Source: an uncultured Thermoplasmata archaeon
GTDB taxonomy: Archaea; Thermoplasmatota; Thermoplasmata; Halarchaeoplasmatales; Halarchaeoplasmataceae
NCBI GenBank assembly: GCA_964462425.1
Contig: CAYWYD010000003.1
Coordinates: forward strand, 5,918 to 69,917
Direction: 5' to 3'
DNA length: 64,000 nucleotides
Each line of letters begins with the position of its first letter. The stretch's first letter is position 1. The position numbers were made by a program, and so were the translations under genes. The notes below the pieces were generated by a model. It was given only the letters and a program-made list of their open reading frames with translations, did no database searches and was not told where the DNA came from. Below are positions 26,951-37,400 of the stretch, piece after piece.

Positions 26951-27133
26951 ATGACTAGGCGATATACCCGTTTCGAGAAGGCAAGGATAATCGGAGCCCG
27001 TGCCCTTCAAATCTCTATGGGCGCACCAACGCTGCTGGACCTCGAAAACATCGACTCTTCGGATCCGGTAGAGATGGCCATAAGAGAGTTTGAAAAAAGC
27101 GTTATCCCGATCACCGTGATGAGAGAGGAATAA
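26951..27133 (+). CDS. rpoK: DNA-directed RNA polymerase subunit K (Rpo6/RpoK)
   Basis: TRFEKARIIGARALQISMGAP is the Rpb6/RpoK signature. Length is 60 aa. A TATA-like box lies 44 nt upstream. Confidence 0.85.
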   Translation: MTRRYTRFEKARIIGARALQISMGAPTLLDLENIDSSDPVEMAIREFEKSVIPITVMREE

Positions 27134-27136
27134 ATA

Positions 27137-27766
27137 ATGACTGATGATGCAGAAGAGGAAGAAAAAGAAGAGCAGGAAAAATTGGTCCCGGAAGACACTT
27201 ATCTGACGGCAGGAGTACATATAGGGACTCAGCAGAAATCGAAGGATATGGAATCATTCATCCATAGGGTCAGGAGCGACGGTCTTTTCGTTTTGGATAT
27301 CAACGAGGCCGACGACAAGATAAGGAGTCTAGCTAAATTCCTTTCTAGATATCCTTCAGAAAGGATCTTATTGGTCTCCGCCAGGCAGTACGGTAAAAGA
27401 CCTATAGAAACATTCTCCGATATAATGGGAACCGCGAGCATCGCGGGCCGGTTCATCCCTGGAACGTTAACGAACCCATCGCTGGATCACTTCTTAGAAC
27501 CTGAAGTAGTGGTCGTGATCGATCCTTCAGCGGATAGACAGGCGGTCAAAGAGGCCGTCACTGCAGGACTACCGATCGTCGGTCTTGTAGATACAAACAA
27601 TAGTCTTAAAAACGTAGATATCGCTCTCCCGGCTAACAACAAAGGTCGAAAATCCTTAGCACTGGTGTTTTGGCTGTTGGCTAGAGAGATGAAACTGTTC
27701 CAGGGCGAGATAGAAAACAGAGACGAATTCGCCTACGAGGTAGACGACTTCGAACAAACACTATAA
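27137..27766 (+). CDS. rps2: 30S ribosomal protein S2 (uS2)
   Basis: LTAGVHIGTQQK...LPIVGLVDTNNSLKNVDIALPANNKGRKSLALVFWLLARE. Confidence 0.9.
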   Translation: MTDDAEEEEKEEQEKLVPEDTYLTAGVHIGTQQKSKDMESFIHRVRSDGLFVLDINEADDKIRSLAKFLSRYPSERILLVSARQYGKRPIETFSDIMGTASIAGRFIPGTLTNPSLDHFLEPEVVVVIDPSADRQAVKEAVTAGLPIVGLVDTNNSLKNVDIALPANNKGRKSLALVFWLLAREMKLFQGEIENRDEFAYEVDDFEQTL

Positions 27767-27774
27767 TAACGAAC

Positions 27775-29697
27775 TCAGTAAAGTCTAACGGTTTCTAGAT
27801 TCTTAGGAGCCCTCGTCCTCATACCATATTTTTTGTAGATGGTAGTCGCTAGATTTGTTGCTTTTTTCTCCTCCCCGTGGGAGGTCAACACCTGCTGTGG
27901 ATTGGGGTCCATCTTGCTCACATAGTGAAGCAATTGGATCCTGTCACTGTGGCCGGAGAAACCTTCGGATGTATGTACGTTCAATTTTACCGGGATGTCG
28001 ATCTTCTCTCCTTTCTCAGTCAGCGTTATCTTATCATACCCCCTCTGTATCTTGTTTCCGAGTGTCCCTTCAGCCTGGTAACCTGAAAATATCAAGGTGG
28101 CTTCAGGATCGTCCCCCCACGCTTTGAAATATTCCAAAACGGGTCCACCGTTCATCATCCCCGCAGTGGCGAGGACTATAGCCGGTTCTTCTCTATCACA
28201 GATCTTTTTTCTGTCCTCCATACTCCCAACCTCCTCGAAAATATCGGAGAGGAAAGGATTCTCGTCTTCATGGAATATCTTGTTCTTCAAAGTGTTGTTG
28301 AGGAACTCAGGATAGGCAGTATGGATCGCGGTAGCTTCCCATATCATCCCATCCAGGAAAACCTCGCATTCCGGTATCTCACCTTTACGCATCGCCTCTT
28401 CAATCACCAGCATAACCTCTTGGGAACGACCGACCGCAAAAACTGGAAGGATAACTTTGCCGTTTCTATTGTTCAATGCCTGATCCAATATATCTTTGAG
28501 CTGTTCCACCGCATCGTTCCTGCTTGGCTGTAGATCCTCGTAACCACCATAGGTTGATTCCATCACCACCGTCTCGACCCTTGGGAATTGGTTCTCCGCC
28601 TGGTTGAAAAGCCATGTATCGTCATACTTGATATCGCCGGTAAAAGCTATATTGTAGTCCCCATCGCCGATATGGATATGAGCTACCGCGGAACCTAGTA
28701 TATGGCCGGCGTTGTGAAGGGTTAGCCTCATATCCGGCGCTATATCGGTAGTTTCGCCGTATTCAAGAGGTATAGTACGTTTCACCTGTTCCCTTATATG
28801 GTTCGATTGATAAGGGGGGTCTCTAGCGTCGCTGACTGACACCTTGATGTAATCCAATTGAAGCAGAGCGGACAGATCTCTAGTGGGAGCGGTGCAGTAA
28901 ACTGGTCCTTCGTACCCATACTTATAAAGCGCCGGGATGATCCCGCTGTGATCGAGATGTGCGTGAGTAACTATTATAGAATCGATATCCTCTAAAGGGA
29001 GTATCTCGGGGGCGTTCAGATAAGGAGTTCCCTCTCCATTCTCATCTCTTGCCGAAACGTCTACGCCGCAGTCGACCAGTACTTTACTGTCCCTAGTTTG
29101 GAGTAGATGAGCGGATCTGCCGACCTCTCTATATCCACCTAGAGCGGTGACTCGACCAAATTTTTCACCGGTCCGGGTATTTCGATTTATCTTTCTACCC
29201 ACCTTATGGAGAAAATCTTTTCTCTCGTCCCTCACTTTTCTCAAATATCCTCTTATATCGTCTATCGTCTTGGATTTTATCGGTGGAGTCCTTATCACCT
29301 CCACAGCCCAGCTGGTCTCTCTTTTTATCTCGTTCAACAGTTTACCGTCCTTTCCTATCGCTATACCGGGTGCCTTGGCCTCGATGGTTATTTTCCCTAT
29401 GTCATCTTCGAAGTACATTTCGGTTATCTCTGCTTCCTCTGGAACTATCTCTCGTATCTTCTCTTCGGCCTCTTCGGGATCATCGAGCATCGATGGATCG
29501 GTCCGGACCAGAACCCTTCTCTTCAATTTCTCGGCTAATTTCTTTATCGTGTCAGAGTCTTCAGTGAATTCATCTATATCTTTCGTATAGATGACGATCT
29601 CCGACCCTTCGAACTGTATGTCCGTTATACGTGCTGTTCTTGATACTACTTCTCTGACCGCTTCTTTTGCTTCCTCTAAAATGTCTTCAACACTCAT
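27775..29697 (-). CDS. aCPSF1/FttA: KH-domain beta-CASP metallo-beta-lactamase ribonuclease (archaeal transcription termination factor)
   Basis: N-terminal KH domains are followed by HAHLDHSG (HxHxDH), a beta-CASP region and the C-terminal ...GHSD... motif. Length is 640 aa. Confidence 0.9.
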   Translation of the reverse strand: MSVEDILEEAKEAVREVVSRTARITDIQFEGSEIVIYTKDIDEFTEDSDTIKKLAEKLKRRVLVRTDPSMLDDPEEAEEKIREIVPEEAEITEMYFEDDIGKITIEAKAPGIAIGKDGKLLNEIKRETSWAVEVIRTPPIKSKTIDDIRGYLRKVRDERKDFLHKVGRKINRNTRTGEKFGRVTALGGYREVGRSAHLLQTRDSKVLVDCGVDVSARDENGEGTPYLNAPEILPLEDIDSIIVTHAHLDHSGIIPALYKYGYEGPVYCTAPTRDLSALLQLDYIKVSVSDARDPPYQSNHIREQVKRTIPLEYGETTDIAPDMRLTLHNAGHILGSAVAHIHIGDGDYNIAFTGDIKYDDTWLFNQAENQFPRVETVVMESTYGGYEDLQPSRNDAVEQLKDILDQALNNRNGKVILPVFAVGRSQEVMLVIEEAMRKGEIPECEVFLDGMIWEATAIHTAYPEFLNNTLKNKIFHEDENPFLSDIFEEVGSMEDRKKICDREEPAIVLATAGMMNGGPVLEYFKAWGDDPEATLIFSGYQAEGTLGNKIQRGYDKITLTEKGEKIDIPVKLNVHTSEGFSGHSDRIQLLHYVSKMDPNPQQVLTSHGEEKKATNLATTIYKKYGMRTRAPKNLETVRLY

Positions 29698-29842
29698 AAA
29701 ATCACGTTCTTTGCAGTTGTACTTTCTTGCTGTTCTGAAGTATTATTTTTGTGAGGATACGAGTCAAGGAAAAGACATTCGAACTCACGATAGTTCTCTC
29801 CCCCGCTCGTCTTATCAGATACCATATTGTAAGCAGAGACCC

Positions 29843-30499
29843 TTACAGGGCAGGTAAATTTTTCTCTTCCTCAAGGTTGGATATCCTTTCCTCTATCTTT
29901 TCATCCTCTATCTGTTCGAATCCATCCTCGGTTATCAAGGCGACATTTATACCGTCACCGGAAGCCGAATCGCGGCTGCTCGAAACCATCAAAGAGAGCA
30001 CGGCTAGATCGATACCTTCCTCTAGCTCCATATCTTCTTCGTAATGGTCTTCTAGGACGCCATAAACAAAGGGCGATCCGGAACCCTCAGCAACATAATT
30101 GTCGGGTATCGCTCCACCGAGAGCGTCTACAGAGTAAACTTTTCCTTCTCCGTCGGGGTCGACTCCTCCAAGGACCAAACCCACATAGTAGGGCATCATC
30201 CTTCGCCCCATCATGATATTCGACAGGAGCGTTGTAGCGGCCTCCACCGACATCGCCTTGTTCCTCTTCAATTCGTAAAGTTCAACTTCAGAGCGAAGAT
30301 AACGGGACAACGCCTGACCGTCCCCGACCAATCCGGCGATGGTCAATCCTATGTTATCTGTTATCTGGAACAATTTTTTCGTATCCTTATGAGAGATCAT
30401 ATGACCCTTGGTCGCTCTTTTTTCCGTTGCCAGTACGACGCCTTCTTTGCATACGAGACCTAGTGTGGTTGTACCTTTTTTGTTGTTTTCTTTATCCAT
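29843..30499 (-). CDS. psmB: Proteasome beta subunit (with propeptide)
   Basis: The propeptide MDKENNKKG is followed by the catalytic N-terminal TTTLGLVCKEGVVLATEKRAT. Confidence 0.9.
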   Translation of the reverse strand: MDKENNKKGTTTLGLVCKEGVVLATEKRATKGHMISHKDTKKLFQITDNIGLTIAGLVGDGQALSRYLRSEVELYELKRNKAMSVEAATTLLSNIMMGRRMMPYYVGLVLGGVDPDGEGKVYSVDALGGAIPDNYVAEGSGSPFVYGVLEDHYEEDMELEEGIDLAVLSLMVSSSRDSASGDGINVALITEDGFEQIEDEKIEERISNLEEEKNLPAL

Positions 30500-30650
30500 G
30501 ATTTCACACTCAACCCAAATATATATCGGCTGTCAATCCCAGACAAACTAGGAATTAAACCAATACAAAACTCTCTACACTGTTGTTAAAAAGGCTCTCC
30601 TATTTAGATGTTTCCATCCTTTTCCTGAACAACCGATTTCCCCCTAAATA

Positions 30651-31139
30651 TTACCTGTAGATCGACTGACCAGTTTTTGTAGAAGAGACTTTGTCTTGTT
30701 CCACCCTTGATCCTCCTAAAGATTGAAAATGTATAGTGGTCCTCATGCCTATATTTATGACGTACTGTACGGTGTCAAAAAGCATCGTTTTCTCCAGATC
30801 ATCCCGGTATAGATGTTTCTTTATTATGACGGAATCGGGCACGTTTTGATCATCTCGTTGGATGTTGTAAATATTGGAATCTTGTGCTAGTATCATAACG
30901 AGCTTTTTTTCAAAACCAGATCTTTGTTTATCGTTCAACTTTTGTAGTACTTTTTTATGCTCGTCGCTTACGTTCAGCTTGTACACGACTTCCAACCTAT
31001 TTTCATTCTGCTCTGGATTCCCTAGAAGTACCACTCTTTTCCCGTGTTTGAGGTGGATGAGCCAATTGAGCTGTGACTGCTCCTTTGTTTCGAACTCGCG
31101 ATCATCTTCTTCTAACCATTCTATTATCTTATCTTTCAT
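30651..31139 (-). CDS. Hypothetical protein
   Basis: 162-aa soluble protein with no motif recognised. Confidence 0.3.
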   Translation of the reverse strand: MKDKIIEWLEEDDREFETKEQSQLNWLIHLKHGKRVVLLGNPEQNENRLEVVYKLNVSDEHKKVLQKLNDKQRSGFEKKLVMILAQDSNIYNIQRDDQNVPDSVIIKKHLYRDDLEKTMLFDTVQYVINIGMRTTIHFQSLGGSRVEQDKVSSTKTGQSIYR

Positions 31140-31189
31140 GGAGCGGTAGGTACTTACAAGGTTTAAGAATTTTTGCCTCCGATCCGCTC

Positions 31190-31753
31190 TCAGATCAATA
31201 TCACTTCCAATCCCCTTAGAACGAAGAGAGGAGCCACAACCATGAGAAAATCATCGTCGATCATCATACAAGGATATTCAGCGACTATAGCCACGATCCC
31301 GCCTATAAATGAAAGAAAGATCACGAATGGGAGGGAATAGGTTGTCATCAATATTAATATGATAGAAGCTAGACTTATCCAAGATATCAAAGGTATGTAA
31401 GGATAAAATTTCGGAAGATGGACCTGCATCTCACCGATCATCGGATCCACCAAACCCATCCCTAAAAATACTACAAATGCGAGATACTTGGGAAAAAATA
31501 CAAGAGTTATCGCCGCTGCAGTACTAGCCCACGCATACGAGGCGAGCTGTTCTTTTTCATAAAACCTCATAGTCGGCAGTTGAAAGTCACAGTAAAGACG
31601 AAGGGCCTCAAAGGCCAAAACTATTGCGAGTAAAACCAAGAGCAACAGTCTTTTTGGCTGCCCGAAAAGAGGATCTGGAACCAAATAATAAAGTAAAACG
31701 AGGCATACTATCGAATGAATAATTCTCCGGAATACTTTATCATTTCCATCCAT
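31190..31753 (-). CDS. Polytopic membrane protein, possibly polyprenol/dolichol-kinase-like
   Basis: About 6 TM segments plus LVDP and IDDDF acidic motifs. The assignment is weak. Confidence 0.3.
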   Translation of the reverse strand: MDGNDKVFRRIIHSIVCLVLLYYLVPDPLFGQPKRLLLLVLLAIVLAFEALRLYCDFQLPTMRFYEKEQLASYAWASTAAAITLVFFPKYLAFVVFLGMGLVDPMIGEMQVHLPKFYPYIPLISWISLASIILILMTTYSLPFVIFLSFIGGIVAIVAEYPCMMIDDDFLMVVAPLFVLRGLEVILI

Positions 31754-31841
31754 CTAATCTTCCGCCTTGTGGTAAAACCTTGTGGTAAAAGGTTGATAAA
31801 AAGATTTTAAAGAAGAGTTTTTGATGGAACTTAGAACCGAT

Positions 31842-33167
31842 CTAGAGTTCTTCTATCCGGTCCTGTTCTTCACGCTTGTCGATGACTCTTTTCGCTTTTC
31901 CGACGGTCCTCGGAAGCGTGTTGGGTTCAAGGAGTTTCAACTTGGCGTTTATGTTCAGTACCGCTTTTAGATTCTCCTTCGCTTCTTCCTTCAATTTTTC
32001 CTCATCGTACTCGTCGGATTCGTAGTACTTTCTGTCCACTTCCGCCCTGACGAATAACCTATCGAGCACGTCTCTATCAACGATTATCTGATAGTGCTCA
32101 GCTATCCCGTCGGTTTCGAGGAGTGCATCTTCGACCTGACTCGGGAATACGTTCACCCCACCGACGATGAGCATATCGTCGCTTCGACCTTCTATACTTT
32201 CTATCCTCGGGTGTTCACGACCGCACTCGCATTTCTCATAGGTAACTGAACCCACGTCTTTTGTCCTGTATCTGAGGAGCGGCATCGCCTCTCTAGTCAA
32301 CATGGTAACTACTATTTCACCTGTCTCTCCTTCAGGTAGCACTTCCCCGGTATTCGGATCGATGGTTTCGACCAGGAATTGATCGCCCCAAACATGGAGC
32401 CCGTTCTGTTCGGGACACTCGATCGCCACCCCGGGACCGTACAGTTCGCTCATGCCGTAAACATCTTGAGCTTTCATACCGAAGGATTTTTCTATACTTT
32501 CTCTAGCTTCTTCACTCCACGGCTCGGCGCCGAACATCCCGACCTTGAGATCGAAATCTTCTATCGGGTCGTATCCGTGTTTCTCCGCAGCCTCCGCTAG
32601 GTAAATCGCGTAAGAAGGTGTAGAAGCCAAAACGTCGGTCTGGAAGTCGTTCAACATCTTGATCTGTTTCTTGGTGTTGCCGGTACTGGTCGGAAGTACT
32701 GAGGCGCCCAGTACTTCTGCCCCTTGATGGAAGCCCAAACCGCCTGTGAAAAGACCATAACCGTAAGCGTTCTGAACTATGTGTTCAGGCTCTACACCCG
32801 CGGCGTTATAGCATCTAGCCATCAGGTCGCCCCACGTCTCCATATCATTGCGGTTGTAAGCTACGACAGTGGGCGTACCGGTCGTCCCGGAAGACGCGTG
32901 AAAACGCACGACCTCCTCTTTAGGGACCGCAAGTATTCCATAGGGATAATGCTCCCGCAGGTCGTCCTTAACGGTGAAGGGGACCTTACTAACATCTTCT
33001 AAGCTCGTTATGTCCGACGGTTTGACGCCTTCTTCCTTGAAACGCTTCTTGTACATGGGAACGTTCTCGTATGCGTATTTGACTTGTTTCGTCAAACGTT
33101 CCTCCTGCAGCTCACGTATATCATCCAACTTCATCTTCTGGGCTTTTTCATTATACATAATAATCAT
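31842..33167 (-). CDS. Phenylacetate-CoA ligase family adenylating enzyme (PaaK / coenzyme F390 synthetase-like)
   Basis: The N-terminus is PaaK-like (DIRELQEERLTKQVKYAYENVPMYKKRF). The AMP-binding motif FHASSGTTGTPTVVAY is present, followed by ...YGMSE... Confidence 0.8.
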   Translation of the reverse strand: MIIMYNEKAQKMKLDDIRELQEERLTKQVKYAYENVPMYKKRFKEEGVKPSDITSLEDVSKVPFTVKDDLREHYPYGILAVPKEEVVRFHASSGTTGTPTVVAYNRNDMETWGDLMARCYNAAGVEPEHIVQNAYGYGLFTGGLGFHQGAEVLGASVLPTSTGNTKKQIKMLNDFQTDVLASTPSYAIYLAEAAEKHGYDPIEDFDLKVGMFGAEPWSEEARESIEKSFGMKAQDVYGMSELYGPGVAIECPEQNGLHVWGDQFLVETIDPNTGEVLPEGETGEIVVTMLTREAMPLLRYRTKDVGSVTYEKCECGREHPRIESIEGRSDDMLIVGGVNVFPSQVEDALLETDGIAEHYQIIVDRDVLDRLFVRAEVDRKYYESDEYDEEKLKEEAKENLKAVLNINAKLKLLEPNTLPRTVGKAKRVIDKREEQDRIEEL

Positions 33168-33286
33168 CTATATTTTCGTAGTTGTTTTTCGTAGTTGTGG
33201 TTAGGTTAGGTGGCTATAGATGGAATTAATTATAAGTTTTTCGAATGGGTATTTTGGGTAGTCTAGAATATGGGTTTCCCTGGAGG

Positions 33287-34354
33287 TCAATCGTCTGTGA
33301 CGTTAACAAAACCCCACCGTTTAGAAAACCAATGGTGCGTCAAGGCGATTATCGATATGGTGAAGTTGAACACCAGGTCAAAGTGATGATACCAGGGATG
33401 ATCTCCAAAGATATGTGTGGGGGCGATCAAGAATCTAAAGATGAGGTACTGTAATACTACCATCCCCATCAGTGCCAGCGTTCTTGCCCCGACCCGCTTT
33501 TTCACATTAGATATACCGTTCAGATGGTTGGTATAAAGACCGAATACTATTATCGGGATGAGAGGATACGTACCCATGTAAAGGACGTGATGCCATTGCT
33601 CTGCAGCGTTTGGAGCGATCGGAGCCAATGGAGCCGCCGTCGAGATGATAAAATGACATAAAGCTCCCATACTGAAGCCGGCAACCAGGGCGAAGCCCAT
33701 TAGAGAACCACCGCGGGCATAATCATTAGGGAAGTCGATCTTTTCGATCAAATCGCCCCAATTTATAGCAACCAGGAGTTCCATCATGATCACCCACTGG
33801 AAGGAACCCAAGAACCAATAGTAACTTACGGGCTGAAAATTACCTAGGGCGCCTGATAGACCACCCGACCAGGCAAAGAGAATATACCACAGTACCCAGA
33901 TCACACCGTACCAGAAGAAGGCCTTCAGCGCATCTATAGGTATCCAATCCGATAATTTTCCTTTGAAAAAGATATCGTCCCAGCCGAAAAAGAAGAAACC
34001 CAGGACGATGAATATGAAATGACCCGCCATAAGAAGTGGATCTGGGATGCCCACTATTTCACCTATTATGAAGCCGTGGACAAGATAGATCAAGACCGCT
34101 CCGGATATCGAGACCCACTGCCTCGAGAGACCTTTAAGAGTTGGCTTCTCCCATCTTGGCTCAAAATAATGATCCTGACAAATCGATAACATAACATAAT
34201 AACCCAATAAAGGGACATACCAATGTTCATGCCAATGAGGCCCCATCCAGTGCCAACTTAACAGTAGAATCGATACGCCTATTGCTCCGCTCATTATCAG
34301 GGCGGGAATCGAGGTATAGGATCCCCATTTTAATTCCACATCCAATATAAACAC
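33287..34354 (-). CDS. Trp/His-rich polytopic membrane protein, function unknown
   Basis: At least 10 TM segments. The His-rich motifs are HWMGPHWHEHWY, WHHVLYMGTYP and HPWYHHFD. Confidence 0.35.
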   Translation of the reverse strand: MFILDVELKWGSYTSIPALIMSGAIGVSILLLSWHWMGPHWHEHWYVPLLGYYVMLSICQDHYFEPRWEKPTLKGLSRQWVSISGAVLIYLVHGFIIGEIVGIPDPLLMAGHFIFIVLGFFFFGWDDIFFKGKLSDWIPIDALKAFFWYGVIWVLWYILFAWSGGLSGALGNFQPVSYYWFLGSFQWVIMMELLVAINWGDLIEKIDFPNDYARGGSLMGFALVAGFSMGALCHFIISTAAPLAPIAPNAAEQWHHVLYMGTYPLIPIIVFGLYTNHLNGISNVKKRVGARTLALMGMVVLQYLIFRFLIAPTHIFGDHPWYHHFDLVFNFTISIIALTHHWFSKRWGFVNVTDD

Positions 34355-34468
34355 CTACGTGAGGCACATTGAAAGGAAGTAATAAATCTTTCCTAGAAAG
34401 CTTATGATATTCCAAGGTAGGCAGAAAGACATAACATAAGTATGCTAGAGTTTATTCCCCTAGAGCGC

Positions 34469-37400
34469 TCACAATTTGTACTCGTCTTCACATACCTTTT
34501 GGTCGATCCGGTCCATCTCTCTTTCCAATTCGGGCAGTGTCATTCTCCTTTCTTTTTCTTCTTCGCCTCTCTTTCTCCAAGCTTCTACACCAAGCCTCGC
34601 GATAACTATGGCTATGACTACACCTGCAAAAACAAGATAATAGGGGATATCGAACCTTCTTATCTCAAAATTTAAGCTCACTATTTTGCTGTTACCGGCT
34701 CTGTCCCAAGCCCTCACCTCCACGGTGTGATCGCCTGCCGAGAGTCCGGCAAAAGTGTATTCCGTGTTTTCACCAGCGAGTATCCATTCTCCTTGGTCTA
34801 GCCGTATCTCGTAGTACTCTATCCCGCTGGGCTCGGCTTCGCCCTGCCATTCCACGGTGACGAATCGATCACTCAACTCCGTTCCTCCAGAAGGAGATGT
34901 GATCGTGATCTGGGGTGAGGCGGTATCGATAAGGAAAGTCACGCTTTCTTTACCCACTCTCTCACTCTTATCTACCGCCTTGACCTCAACGGTGTACTCG
35001 CCGTCCTCCAATCCCTCTAATACGTATTCGGTGGAATCCCCTATATTTATCCACTCTTCATCGACCTTTATCTCGTAGTGCTTTAGCTCGACATTTCTCT
35101 CTATATTCTCAAATACCCATCTGACGGTCACCTCGTCGGTGGAAAATATGGAGCCATCATCCGGCGAGACTATTCTGACCGGCGGCGAGGTGGCATCGAC
35201 GGTCACCGTAACGGTATCGGTCTCTCTCCAACCGGTTTTATCCCAGGCTCTAACCGAGATCTCGTACTCGCCGTCCTGGAGATCGGTCAGTTTGAATTCC
35301 TTAGCACCTCCAACATTTTCCCAATGTCTATCACAGACCCTGATCTCGTGAAAATCCGCATTTTCGGATGTCCACTTGACCGTGAAATTATCTGACCTTA
35401 TCACCTGATCTTCTTCAGGCGATATTATCTCGATCTTTACCGTCTTCACGCTGAACTCTATGCTGTCAGAATCGGAATTACCGTTATCGTCTTCCGCTCT
35501 TACCTGAACTTCGTAGTCACCGTCCTCTAGATCATCATACCTATGTTCACCTTCCTCATCGGGTTCTATCCACTTTCCTTCCTCGTCTCCTGGCCCGTCC
35601 AACTTTATTTCCACATCTTCGGCGTTCTCTACCAACCACTCTATATCGACTGAAGACCTTCTCTCCGTACTCCCGTTCTCCGGAGAGGTGATCTCGACAT
35701 TTATCCCCGGGTCTACTTGAAAATCGACACTGTGACGTGATCCTATACCGGCGTCATCTTCTCCTCGGACTTTAACTGTATGCTCGCCCTTCTGTAAGTC
35801 CTCGAATGTGTGAGTTCTTTCATCATCGACATCGATCCATTCTTCCTCGTTCAACCTGATCTCGTAATCTATTTCACCTTCTTCACCTTTTGAAGCCCAA
35901 CTAGCCGTCACCTCGGAAGAGTAAACCGTTTCTTGCTCACTAGGTTGCACTATATGTGTTCTAAATTCCTCAACAGGGTCACGTTTTACCAACGGATATC
36001 TATCTTCGCTCTCGTTTCCAGGGATCCCGTAGGACCTGTTCCATATCCCACTATCTCCCACTTCGTGAGAACCTGGATATCTATCCTTGTAGTCCGACCA
36101 ATAATTCCCTTCCTCGCCGTCGTCCCAAGAGTTATTTTTGTTATCGTAAGCCTGTCCTTCTATCTCCGCATCCCCTATTTCATCGCTGTAGAGCTCATTA
36201 TGATATATGTGATTGGGTTTGGAGCGTGTAAGATACACTCCATAAACGTGATTGTTCGAGATATTGTTCCCGAAAACAATATTCTTTTTGGAAGAGGACA
36301 TATAAACCCCGGGCCAACTGTTATTGTATATGTGGTTCTCCGCTATCACGTTTCTATCGGAATTCACCATGTAATAACCGGTGGTGCTGTTATAGAGAGT
36401 GTTGCTTTCCAAAACATTCCTATTGGAGTACCGGAGAGTGATGCTCTGCATCTGTTGGGTTACGGTGTTCTCTACGATTCGATTGTTGTCGGAAAAGCCC
36501 AAAAGTATTCCTATATCTCCGTCCTCGATCTTCTGATCTTTAACGACCATATCGGTACAATTGGCAAGGATGATCTGTGAAGCGTCTTCAGTGATGGTCT
36601 CGCCGCTCACATCTTTTCGATAAATGATGGGTTTTCCATTGACCGTATTGGACTCATCTATAGAATGGGTGTTCCAATGCTCCACCGACCTCCCCCAGAA
36701 GTGCAGGCTATCATCGATCAATTCGTTATCCTCGAAAGAGTTGCTCTCGGAAGAAAACAGGTATATGCCGTAACTATCACTGGAAACGATCCGATTACCT
36801 TCGATTTCGTTGTCGTTGGAACGTCCGATCCGCATTCCGTACCACCGGCTATGATTGATCACGTTATCATATAAACGATTCTTCTCAGAGTGTGTCAGAT
36901 AGATACCGTAATTATCATTGAAAGATTGAGTACCGCTGAGCGTGTTATCGGTGGACTTGTAAACATATATACCTATGTCATTGGTGAACAGCTCAGTTTT
37001 TTCTACGCTGTTCTTTTCTGACTCTCTGAGTTCTACTCCCTTACCGTTGTAGGACGCGTTGTTTTCAGATAGGTGGTTCTCGGGAGAAGAACTGAGCACT
37101 ATACCACGATCATGGTTGCTCACCGAATTTTCCATGAGCTCGTTGCCGTCGGATTTTTCCAACCATATCCCTCGACCATAGACCGGATAGTGAGACTTTT
37201 TAACGTGATTTCCCTCTATCTTGTTTCCAATGGATGAGGAGACATATATACCGACATGATTGTTTACCATTTTATTATCGACTATCACATTTTCAGTGGA
37301 CTCCTTCAAATGGATGCCGTAGGAGTTGAAAGAAACTTTGTTGTTCGCTAGCCTTCCGTTTTCGGTGCCGTTCAGGACCACACCGCTGTTGCCTGAACTA

